Assembly (NCBI RefSeq): GCF_009834535.1
Contig: NC_045704.1
Location: forward strand, 18,724,001 to 18,788,000
DNA from: Camelus ferus
Lineage: Eukaryota
Direction: 5' to 3'
Length of the DNA: 64,000 nt
Shown: piece by piece, positions 23,774 through 35,247 of the stretch
Numbering within the stretch: the first letter of the stretch is position 1
Layout: each line of letters starts with the position of its first letter
The notes under the pieces: generated by a model
What the model was told of the DNA's origin: nothing
What the model saw: only the letters and a program-made list of their open reading frames with translations
Databases searched by the model: none
Position numbers and translations under genes: made by a program

Positions 23774-26225
23774 GACATCCATTGGGGCTCACCTCCAAGA
23801 AAGTGCGTTCTGAAGACAAAATCCAGGCTGGGGCAGCTGCAGCCCCACATGGGGGTGCCTTGTGCAGTGGCCAGGCTAGATCTAGGACTGGAGTGGGGAG
23901 GGGACAGAGGGATTCCTTTCTGCAGGATGCCCCAGTGCAGGGAGTGGAGGGAAAGAGCACGCCTAGAAGGAGTTGCCGGGAAGAACCTGGACCTTCCAAG
24001 TGGGAGGCTGTTTAGGTGATGGGAGAAGATCTGGGGGTGCTGCTGGGGGTGGGGAGAGAGAGTCAGAAGGCAAAACACACCCATTAAGAGAGAAGACCAG
24101 CTCCTCCCCACCTTTTGCAACCTGGTACAGACAAAGATGGAATGGGGGAGGAGGGGAGCCCGCACTAACATCTCTAATTGTCCAGGCATAGAAGGACCCA
24201 GGAACAGGAGGCTCTGCTCTGGAATTGCGGGCCGACCAAGCCTTCAAGGGAACCAGCTTGGTTTGTGACAAACACCTTCATTCGTTCACCAAATATTTAT
24301 TCAGCCACCACTTTGGGTCAGACCCTGTTCAAGGTGCCAGGGCAAGAGCACTGAAAAAAGAAAAAGACATACCACAATCCTTCATGGAGCTTTTTACTAG
24401 AGAGGAGGAACACACAGTGGAGGTCGGGGAGTTAGGCTTGTGGTGTGTATTGTGTCAGAGAACGTCAGATAACAGAAAATGAAAAAATGAAACAGGGATG
24501 AGAGCAGAGTGCGGGAGGAAGTTTGCATTAAATGAGGTGTCTGAGAAATGACATTTAGGGAAAGACCTAAAGGAAGTGAGGGAGGGAGCTCTGTGAAGAT
24601 CCGAGGGGGAGCATTCTGCGAAAAGGGAACAGTCAGTGCAAAAGGAAAACAGACACCACCGCCACCCCCACTTTTGGTGTATGTCTCACCCTGTCACAGA
24701 GGCTTGGCCACAACGTGGTTAAATACCCACAATAGCACCAAGGACTTACTGTGCTTTGCCTACATGTCAAATACAGATGGAAGTTTAGAGACTCAGAGAG
24801 GTTAAGAGACTTGTTCAAGGTCACACAGCAAATAACTAGTGAGGGCAGGATTTTAACTGAGTTTTGCCTGGCATCAGGCAATAACCACTGCACCCTCCAG
24901 CCTGACTGTAGCGAGACCTCCTGGACCTGGAAGTGATGGATTTCTTGGACAGAAGTTGCTGAGTCCTTTTTGACTGTTACTCCCACCCTCTCTTTCCCTC
25001 ATTTTAATTCCAGGGAGAGGGTAGACTGAAATCCATGTTGGGGAATATCTTTGAGGTCTGATACGCAAAAATGTTTTAAAATCAATAGCAGGGATGTGCA
25101 AGTCACCCCCGGTGTTCTGGTCAGTTTCTGTCACTTGGAGGAGGCCTTACCTCAGGGGAGGAGACAATGAAACAAGAATGAATTTTGAAAATTTACTTAT
25201 TATCTCAAAATCCCTAGACATCATAATGTCTTTCTTAGAAAGAAAGCTCAGGGAGTGGTTAGGAACATGTGATCGAGAGCTGAAGACTTGGGGGCTCCTC
25301 ACTAGCTGTGTGATCTTGGGAAACAGGCTTTGCAGTTGGCCACAAAGATTACCCATCCTGCCCAGATCTTGATGAATGTAAAAAGTACAATTGTTTGCAC
25401 TTTTATGTGTGTGATTATTTCATGGAGACCATTTATTAAGATCATTCTGTGACTTCAGCTGGAAGCTTCACGAGCACTATTTCAATGTGTATTACTCATG
25501 GCAAGGGACGTGTAATAATATCATGGCATAGAAGACTAAACGGAGGCTGGGTACACAATTAAGTGTCAGGGGCAGAACTGAAACTCAGGTCACCTGATTT
25601 CCCTCTCAGCATTTTGTGCTGTACAGTCACCCTCAAAATGATCACAGAGAAACAACCAATGCAAATGCAATAATATTTAATAACTGGCGATAAATTAACC
25701 CAAGAAGACAAAAGAGCAAATATACATAGGAACTTCATAAATACAAAACACGCAAAAGTAACGGAATTCAAAAAACTACTTAACAGAAGGACTCTTGCCC
25801 AGTCCCTCATGGAATGAGGTCTCCCCAGCAGAGAGATCCAACAGTCCCATATTCATGGAATGTCAAAGCGGGCACTGAAGGTTCAAAGCAGGCGTTGGAA
25901 CCTGTCAAGGGACAGGGAGGTTTCTGCAACCACAGAAGTAGAAACTGGTCCATGGTACGTGGTGGTCAACGACCAAGGTCGACACGGAATCCAGTCTTTT
26001 CCTGCCAGCCCGGGGCCCTGGAAGATCTTAGGGCGACACTTCCCACGGAAATAGAGCGGCTTCCAGGGGGAACTGGTTCTGGCCCTGGGAAAAGGGCGCC
26101 TCTGGCACCAGCGCAGGCGGGTGGAGGCTGAGAGACCCGCCGGGTCCAATGGGGCAGCGGAGGAGGGCGGCGCCCGCAGCCAGGCGACCTCGCAGCTTCG
26201 GGTCCCAGGCGGGGCCGCGGCGGGA

Positions 26226-27567
26226 TCACAGACAAGGTCCCGAGTTTGCCACCAGCCGCAGGTCCCACGCGAGCAGGCGCAGGAAGTTGAAGATGACTCT
26301 GGCTTCATGACACCGAGGCGACTCCTGGAACCCGGGAAGGAGGCAGAGCCGGGCTGAGTCAGGCCCTCCCCCCCCCCCCTGCACTCCGTCACCGCTCCAA
26401 GGCGCGCGCCCGGCCCGTCTCAGCCTCACACCGTCCTCTCTGCGGTCTAACCGCTTGACCGCCCGCTCCACTCACAGCTCTGCGAGTTTTGTGACGCCTC
26501 CTGGGCGGCCGCGGGGACTTCCTCCAGGAGCCTGGCCGGACCAGCTGGAGCTGGAGGGGAACCGCACGTAACTTGAAGACGGCGAAGAACGGAGCCTCCC
26601 TCCCAGGTGGCTCCGCCCCTCACCCTCCCAGCCGCAGACCCAAGCCCGGATTAGGGGACACCGAGCGAGCTGGGAGGGGTGCGGGGCCAGGGCGGGACCG
26701 GCACTCACGCAGGCCGCCACGTCCCGCCCCGCGGCCGTCAGCAGCTCCAGGGTCGGGCCGACGCCGGGGAACAGCTCCGGGCTCGGCAGGCTGCTCAGCA
26801 CGGCCTGGGCGTCGGCGAGGCCGCGGGCCACCAGGCGGAGTCGGGCGCAGGACTGCGGGGACCGAGCGGCAGTTAGATGGGGCCGCGCTCGGGGCCCAAG
26901 TCCCCAAGCCCCTGCCGGCCGCGGGCCTCACCGACGGCGGCGGAGGGTTCCTCCTCGGGTGGAACGAGCAGTTGCGCGGCCTCCAGCTCAGCGTCTCTTC
27001 CTCCTGCGGGACAAGGGCCGGGATGATGCTGGGGATCCTCGCGGATTCCTGCACGTGGATCGGAACTGGCCCTCAAGGTTGTGCTCATCGTGTCCTGACC
27101 AGAGAGCTCTCTGAAGGCGCGAGGCAGGCCTGAAATGCACCTGCGCTCCAGGTGCGGATCCTGCGCCGGGACGTGGAGCCGAGTCCACCTGAAGGGGGCG
27201 CCCCTCTGTGACAGCCACTAAGGCCCGGTATGAGCTGACCACCAGGGCGGCTGGAAAGATGTGATCTGAATTCTGGACCCCGAGATCCAGGATGCGCCTG
27301 CTGGACGCTAGGACAAGAGGGCCCCTCGGGACAAAGGTTGTCGTCTCGGGACCCGGGGGCCCAGGGTCCGGGGGACAGAGGCGTGTGGGCATCACTCACA
27401 TAGCGGTTCCTCAGGGCCTTGGCTGCCTCCAGTGCCCGGGGATCCAGGGAGCGGTATTGGGAGAGGAGGCAGCGCCCGGGAGCCTCCACACCGGGGTCCA
27501 CCGCCACGCCCGCTGTCACCAAGACCCACAGCCCCATGGCCACCGCGGCTGCGCCACTCGGCCCCAT
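26226..27567 (-). CDS. IFNL4: Interferon lambda 4, second intact copy at the position of human IFNL4P1. Exons 27567-27400, 27003-26932, 26852-26709, 26550-26476, 26324-26226. 185 aa.
   Basis: Mirror image of the + strand copy. The ORF-track translations covering each exon are identical between the copies, splice sites are GT-AG, and I found no stop or frameshift. Confidence 0.93.
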
Positions 27568-29019
27568 CTCTGCTCCTGCAAGAGGCGACAGACGTCAGGG
27601 AGCCCAAGGAGAAAGCCCCCAAGTCCAAGCCCCTGCCTCTGGTCAGACTCGCAGAGGGATTGACGCTCAGAGGGCGGGCACTGAGCCCTCTCAGGGGGAG
27701 AGACAGGATGGGCCCGGACACCTACTCCTACCTTCAGCCTCTCTCCCCTCACTCCTCACCTACCATGTGTCTTCGGTGCCACTTGCTGCAGCAGGGCCTG
27801 CCTTCCAGTGTCCCCTGGGTGGTGTCCCGGGTGGTGTCCAGATTGTTGTCCACCTGGGACAGTGGTACCTGCACCCTCCATGGTGGCTCTTAAGTGAGGG
27901 GCTGAGAATGATGAGCAGCCGGGCTTCCCCATGCAGATTGTTTCCCAACGTCATTGCTGGCCATTGATCGGCCTGGAGAGTTGCAGGCATGGTGTGAGGA
28001 CTTTACCCGCTCGTGGGACAGTGCCAGCAATGACTCTACCCAAACTCTTCTGCCACCAGTTATTGTTTCTGTCCCTTTCTGTATCCTCTTGCTTTCTTTT
28101 CGTCACCGTCGGTTTCCTTATCTCTGTTGTATAATAATAACCAGCCCTTATACAGTGTTACTGTTACTAGGCCTTGTTCTAAGTAATTGATATGCACATG
28201 TCTCATTTAATGCTCAAAAATAACACTGCCAGAATTTTTCTACCTCCAATTCATGGGTGGGAAAACTGAGCCACAGTAAAGGGAAGGAACTTTTCCAAGA
28301 TACAAAGTAACTGGCAGAGGCAGGATTTGAATATATACTCAGTCCAGCCTCAAAGCTTGGTCTAACCCATTAACTCCCCCTATATATCTAATTCAATGCC
28401 TCCTTCTCTCTCTTCACTGTCTGTCTGTGTTTCATTCCATTTCTCTTTCATCCCTCTCTTTATGCCTCCCTTTTGTCTCTGTTGCTCAGTTCCTGGTTTT
28501 GTCTCTGTCCATGTCTAATTCCATCTTTCTTTTTCTAGCAAGCATTCAGGCCAGGGTCTTTCTGTCTGTCTCTGTCTCAAGCAGTCTCTTTGTTTTGAAT
28601 GAAAAATGAAATCTACCACTTATCTTGATAAAATTAGCAAAGCAGGATCATTGGTTAAAGCTTGAAAAATATAGACATAATATAAGGGAGGAAAAAACCC
28701 ACCTCTCTCCCCTCACCCCAGCTCTGGAACAATTTTTCCCATGTGTAGAAATGTTAAACATATTTATTTGTGCATATGTTTTCTGATTATCAAAGTAACA
28801 CATTCATTATAAAGATACAGTCAATACAAAAACATACAACTTGGAGAGTTAAAGTCTTGAATCCCACTTCCTGGACGTCATCTTTTTAGTCATCAGTTAC
28901 TATTCCTCTTTTTTTTTTTCTCTCTCTCTCTCTCTCTTTCGATGAACAATTTCTCTCAAATTGAAACCAGGCTGTATAAAGTTTAGCAGCTTGCTTTTCG
29001 TGTCTTACCATTATCTCTT

Positions 29020-29404
29020 TTTTTTTCTTTTTCTTTTTTAACATTTTTTATTGATTTATAATCATTTTACAATGTTGTGTCAAAGTCCAGTGTAGAGCAC
29101 AATTTTTCAGTTATACATGGACATATATATATTCATTGTCACATTTTTTTCTCTGTGAGCTACCATAAGATCTTGTGTATATTTCCCTGTGCTATACAGT
29201 ATAATCTTGTTTATCTATTCTACAATTTTGAAATCCCATCTATCCTTTCCCACCCTCCGCCCCCTTGGCAACCACAAGTTTGTATTCTATGTCTGTGAGT
29301 CTATTTCTGTTTTGTATTTATGCTTTGTTTTTTTTGTTTTTGTTTTTGTTTTTGTTTTTTAGATTCCACATATGAGCGATCTCATATGGTATTTTTCTTT
29401 CTCT
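29020..29404 (-). mobile_element. 5'-truncated young L1 with a perfect 15-bp TSD, in the palindrome spacer
   Basis: TTACCATTATCTCTT at 29005-29019 and 29405-29419 around a T-tail and L1 3' UTR sequence. Confidence 0.85.
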
Positions 29405-29999
29405 TTACCATTATCTCTTGTTTGCATTCCCCCACATCTTTAGTTATATTGTATCAGTGAAGGTCCCTTCAGGAAACAGATGGCCCAGTCAGTTTAGGGT
29501 AACTTGAGGTGGGTTTAATACCAGGAGTATTTACAAACGGATTGGATAGTGAAGGAAACAGATGAGGAGTAGTGCAAGGCCTTGGGACCCACATGCATGA
29601 GGGTCTATCATCTGTAGGCCTGAACAAAAGGGAGGGAAGGGAGTGGTTACTTGACCTGGAAGGGAGGGGTCAGGTACACAGGTGGAGGACACAGAGAGGT
29701 AGTGGTTGCCCTGAATGAAGGAAGCCTGGGGAGTAAATACTCTAACACTCTCCTTCTCTTCTCTCTGGCCCTACTCCTAGGCTCCCCATTGGCTGCACCC
29801 AACAGAAGCCAAAGGCCAGCTTCCTGGGGCCCAGAGGTGGGTGGAGAAGTGGGAGGGGCAAAAGGGAGACATCCCACCTATACCACTAGTAAGGCTTCCA
29901 TTCTAACAGGATTATTGAATAACCATCCCCTATTGGTGAACATGAATGTTCTTTTCAGTGTTTTGTTAAAGTCATGGTTCTCAAGGCTAGGGGTGAGAA

Positions 30000-32900
30000 A
30001 GGAAGTAATTTTTCATTCTTTTAACAGTATCTTTCATAGGGCTGAAGTTTTATATTTTTCCATCTCATTGATTTTCTTCTTTTATGGATGATGCTTTCAT
30101 GATTTTAATAAGTCATCACCTTGGTCCCTTACATTTTCTCCTATTTTACATTCTAGGAGTTTTATAGTTCTGCACTTCACGTTTAGGTCTATGATACGTT
30201 TTAAGTTAATTTTTGTGAAATGTGTAAGGTCTGTATCTAGGTTTTTTGTTTTTTCCCCTACGTGAAAGTTCTTTCAATACCATTTGTTGGAAAGACTATC
30301 TTCTCATCATTGAATTGCCTTTGTTCCTTTCTTAAAGACCAGTTGACTTTATTTGNNNNNNNNNNNNNNNNNNNNNNNNNNNNNNNNNNNNNNNNNNNNN
30401 NNNNNNNNNNNNNNNNNNNNNNNNNNNNNNNNNNNNNNNNNNNNNNNNNNNNNNNNNNNNNNNNNNNNNNNNNNNNNNNNNNNNNNNNNNNNNNNNNNNN
30501 NNNNNGTGAAAGCTATTCTGGGCTTTTTGGATCGCTGTATAAACTTTTACTTTGTCAATATTTACAAATTAACTTGCTGGGATTTTGATTGGATTGCAAG
30601 GAATCTACAGATTAAGTTGGGAAGAACTGACATCTTGACAATATTGAGTCTTCCTATCCAAGTTCATAGAGTATTTTCATTTTTAGATGTTCTTTTATTT
30701 CTTTCATCAGTTTTCCTCATATAGATCGTGTTCAGCATTTGTTAGATTTGTACTTAAGCATTTCATTTTTGGGTGGTGCTGATGTAAATGGTCCTTTTTT
30801 TAAATTTCAAACTCAAATTGTTTATTGCTATTATACAAGAAAGAAATGGACCTTTGTATATTAACTTTTATCTGGCAACATTGCTATAATCACTTATGAT
30901 TCAGAAATATGTTTTTAAATGCATAATATTAAATACACAGGACTATGAAGGAAACTGACTATATTGAAACACAGTTACCAAAACATAAAAGCAATTTTGT
31001 GATAAGTAATACATATGCCTTTTTATTAATGTATTAAGTAACAAGATATTGCAATGAGTTTAATAACTACTATACTTTTGTGGTAGTAATGAGAGTAAAT
31101 GATATTTCAAGATGTGTGCCACATCGCTAACATGTTATGAAATATTTATGACTCCTTTTAGTGACAAAGTCACAGATTCTGCTAATACTATTGTGGTTTG
31201 TTACTTACATTCATCATGGAAAGAAATGCTAAATTTCAGTTAAGGTTAGTGAAGATGGAAATGCAGCTTTTTCTCATGTAAGTTCACCCTCCCCTGAATC
31301 CTATCATGGGGTGGTCCACGAACCCCAGGTTAAGCTAGATTTGCAGCAGTTAAACAGAATGAAGTAGATCTATATGCACTGACATGGAAAAACTTTCAAG
31401 GCATATTACAGAGTGAAAAAAGTAAATTGCTGAACAATACACATGGTGTGACACTCCTTGTGTTTATAAGTACTCACACATGCAAAAGCAATTCAGTGGA
31501 GAAAAATCGCCTATTCAACAAATAGTGCTGGAGTAATTGGACACCCATAGGCTAAAAAAATGAACCTTGACCTAAACCTCACATTAAAATAAAAATTAAC
31601 TCAATATGTGACATGGACTTAAACATAAATTATAAAGCTATAAAACTTTGAGAAAGAATTATGAAAAACCTCTTCAGGCAATAGGAGGTGCTGGAAGCAG
31701 ATTGAGGGAGGAAGGAAAGCAAAGTTGGAGTATTTATTCTCCCTTCTGGTTCCTTCCTGGCAGGGATAAGATCTGACAGTGGCTGGGTTCCTCTGTCTCC
31801 AGCCACACATCTCACCTAGGATGGTAACAGCTCTCCGTGTTGCCAGCCTCCAGGTGCATCACCGCCCTTTGTTGATTTCATTAATCCTACCCACTTTTTC
31901 CCAGGTTAAACATTTGAATAGGTCCCCTGCTTCCTGTACATATCGTTTTTTCCGGAGTTTGTTTAATTGAAATTTTTACTGAGATCATTGTAAGGTACCT
32001 CTGGGAAGCACATGGGAACCGAGGAGATGATCATGCATGCTGTTATAAGAAATAATACAAAGAGATCCTGTACACTCTACCCAGCTTCCCCTAGTGGTCA
32101 CATCTTACAAAATTACAATATTACAACCAGGAAATTGAAGGATACAATCCACCCGTCTTATTCAGATAGCCCCTAGATGTTCATCTAAATTGTTGCATGT
32201 ATCAATTGTTCATTCCTGTTTCATACCAGACTTTGCTTAATCGTTCACCCTTTGAAGGACCTCTGGGCTGTTTCTACTTTTCGGCTATTACTAATAATGC
32301 TGCAATGAACATTTGTGTTCAGATGACTGTGTGGACATCAGTTTTCATTTCTCTGGAATAAATACCCAGGAGTTCAATTGCTGGGTTGATGTGCAGTTGC
32401 ATGTTTAGTTTTACAAGAAGCTGCCAAACTGTGTTTTGGAGGGGCTGTACAATTTTTACATTCCTGCAGGTCACTTATGAGGGATCCAGTTTCTAGATTG
32501 TTTTTTAAGTTTTGCTCACAAATAAGTTCCCCAGAGCTTTTTTTGTTGTTGCTATTGTCTCCTAAATTCTTGAAGCAGTTTTCTTTTAATAGAGTAAACA
32601 TCTCAAACAGTGGATCTCAAGAAACTTTTCTGCGAGGATGATATTTGTCTTTGTCCAGTTGGGCTGCTTATAACAAAATACCACAGACTGGGGAGCTTAA
32701 AAACAACAGAAATTTATTTCTTACAGTTCTGGAGCCACGATCAAGGCACCAGCATGGTCAGGTAAGAGCTCTCTTCCAGGTGACAAAATTCTCATTTGGT
32801 CCTCACATGGTGGAAGGGGGCGAGGGAGCTCTGTGAGGTCTCTTTTTAGGAGGACTAATCCCATTTTTGAGGGCTCCATCTCATGACTTAATCACCTCCT

Positions 32901-33000
32901 AAAGACCTCCACCTCCTAATACCATCACCTTTGTTGGTTAGGATTTCAACATAACAATTTTTGAGGGGACATTCAAACCACAGCAGCCTGTATTAAATGT
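30000..33000. mobile_element. Spacer repeat mosaic: antisense L1 fragments, a Charlie-type hAT fragment (~30900-31335) and an MLT1 LTR (~32640-32990)
   Basis: Recognisable L1 antisense text, an hAT-like end (CCACGAACCCCAGGTTAAG) and an MLT1 start (GGGCTGCTTATAACAAAATACCACAGACTGGG). Confidence 0.6.
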
Positions 33001-35247
33001 AATTTGTGATTGCACCTAACTCAAGCAAATAACCTGCATTGCAGTGCCCAGAGTTGAATCACTGATTATTGAGAACTTGCATCTGGTACTTTCCTGTGTC
33101 CAATCCCACTGCATTCCACTCTTCCTGCCGTTATCAATTTTACTTCCAGTTCTTCAGTCTTTGAAGACACGTGGTTTCACTTCAGCCCCATCATGTGTAT
33201 CAGGACACTTTTGGTAGCAAAAATAAAAAACAAACAAACCAAAAGTCCAACTCAAGCTGGCTTGAACAATGGAGAACTTATGGACTTATAAAACTGAGAA
33301 GTCCAAAATTAAGGTGAGGCTGCAGGTAAAGTTTGATCCTGTAAGACATAGTGAAACTCCCAATTTTGTTTTATCTTGTTTTTTATCTTTCAGGTCTCCC
33401 TTCCACTGGTGGGAAGACTGCTTACCCTTATAATTCCAAGATGAGTGCTAGTGATTCCCCTGGCTTCACACTTCATCCTTCTCCAGTAGGAAGAAGATAG
33501 CGTCTTTCTCCCAGAAAGTCCAGGATTGAGATTCATTCTGATTAGATTGGCTTAAGTCAAATCCCCAACCCCAAACCCAATCACCGTGGCCAGAGAGATG
33601 AACTAAAGTAAATGGCTGCAGCCAGGTCACATACCCCAATCCCAGGGATGCGGGGGGGTGGTCAAGTCACCTTCCTAAAACCATTTGGATCTGCAGTCGA
33701 AGTGGGGGATGCTGGGATGGGTGAGGGGAGAGGTAACAGAAGCTTGGAAAGTTTGCTGCATGGACACTTTGGAGGAAACTCTTCTAATGTTTCAGCAGAA
33801 TTTCTCACGTGCTTTTTCAGAGTGCTTATGTTTCAACAACTTTGATGTTTCTTAAAACTTCTATGCCTTGGAATAGGAAAATATACACTGAAAAACAAAA
33901 TAAGTTTCTCATATTAATGCTGAGGAAGACATATACCTGAAAAACAGCCATTACTTTCCTGCAATTATCAATATTTATTAATGAACTTAATTATAATTAA
34001 TTAAAGGTGGTCTCATATAGGAAGCTTGGCTGAACGTGCCCTGAACATACCTAAGCTATTCTGCACATGGATAGATCTGTCTATATAGATGAGAAATGGC
34101 AACACTAACCCAGACAGCCTGGGATCATATCTACAAGCTGTGTGATCTTGGGAAGACTCATAGCCTCTCTGTGCCTCAGTTTCCTCATCTATAAAATGTC
34201 AGCCAGTGAGAGGACCTACCTCACAGTGTTGCTGGGAAGAATAAAGCAGTAAATATGTGAGAAGAGCTTAAAGCAGTGCCAAGCACACAAGAAGTGCTCA
34301 GTATGTATTAGCTATAATTATTATTGACAATGGTTGAGAAAAACATGTCTGCAATTCCAACTTTCAACAGCAAACTAACAATAGTTTTATAATTGGTAAA
34401 GGCATAAATATCACTTAATAACAGACTAAGGAGGCCAGAGAGAGCTTGTCTAAGGTCTTGATGAGGAAAAAACCTGAGAAAACAGAGGAGAGCAATATTC
34501 ATGCAAAGAACAAGATATAAAAAGACAGGGAGAGAAAGACAGGATATAATGACAAGAAAAGAGTGATTGAAGAGAGAGCACAAGAAACCCTAGTATGAAC
34601 TCCTGCAGGGCAGGCACTTGTATGGGGACCTCTGCCATGTTTGCAGCTTCCAACAGGAGGAAATAGTCTGTTTTCAGTTCACTCTTAGAGTGTGAAAGAA
34701 AGAGAAACACACAGAAAAGATAAACAGAATCCTCAAAATGAACAGTAGTAATTGACCCAGGAGAGAGGGTCCGAGCAAAGTCATTGTTGACACTGTCCCA
34801 CAAGCAGGTAAAGTCATCACACACTGGCCAGGATCCCACCCGGCCAGCAGCCAGCAATGGATGACATTGGGAAACAACCGGCATGGGGAAGCCCGGCTGC
34901 TCATCATTCTCAGCCCCTCACTTAAGAGCCACCATGGAGGGTGCAGGTACCACTGTCCCAGGTGGACAACAATCTGGACACCACCCGGGACACCACCCAG
35001 GGGACACTGGAAGGCAGGCCCTGCTGCAGCAAGTGGCACCGAAGACACATGGTAGGTGAGGAGTGAGGGGAGAGAGGCTGAAGGTAGGAGTAGGTGTCCG
35101 GGCCCATCCTGTCTCTCCCCCTGAGAGGGCTCAGTGCCCGCCCTCTGAGCGTCAATCCCTCTGCGAGTCTGACCAGAGGCAGGGGCTTGGACTTGGGGGC
35201 TTTCTCCTTGGGCTCCCTGACGTCTGTCGCCTCTTGCAGGAGCAGAG

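Larger units (their letters stand above)
21597..27934. repeat. Left arm of a ~6.3-kb near-perfect inverted repeat (IFNL2/3 + IFNL4 cassette)
   Basis: Reverse complement of 34881-41215. Position sums are 62812 for the outer part and 62815 for the inner part, with the 3-bp offset at a poly-G tract. The ORF track is mirrored across the whole span. Confidence 0.97.

Noticed and set aside
25814-27990. Many overlapping 100-186 aa ORFs on both strands over IFNL4 (and their mirrors at 34674-36998)
   Set aside because: These are expected in very GC-rich, stop-poor DNA. They show no recognisable homology, and their mirror duplication only reflects the inverted repeat.
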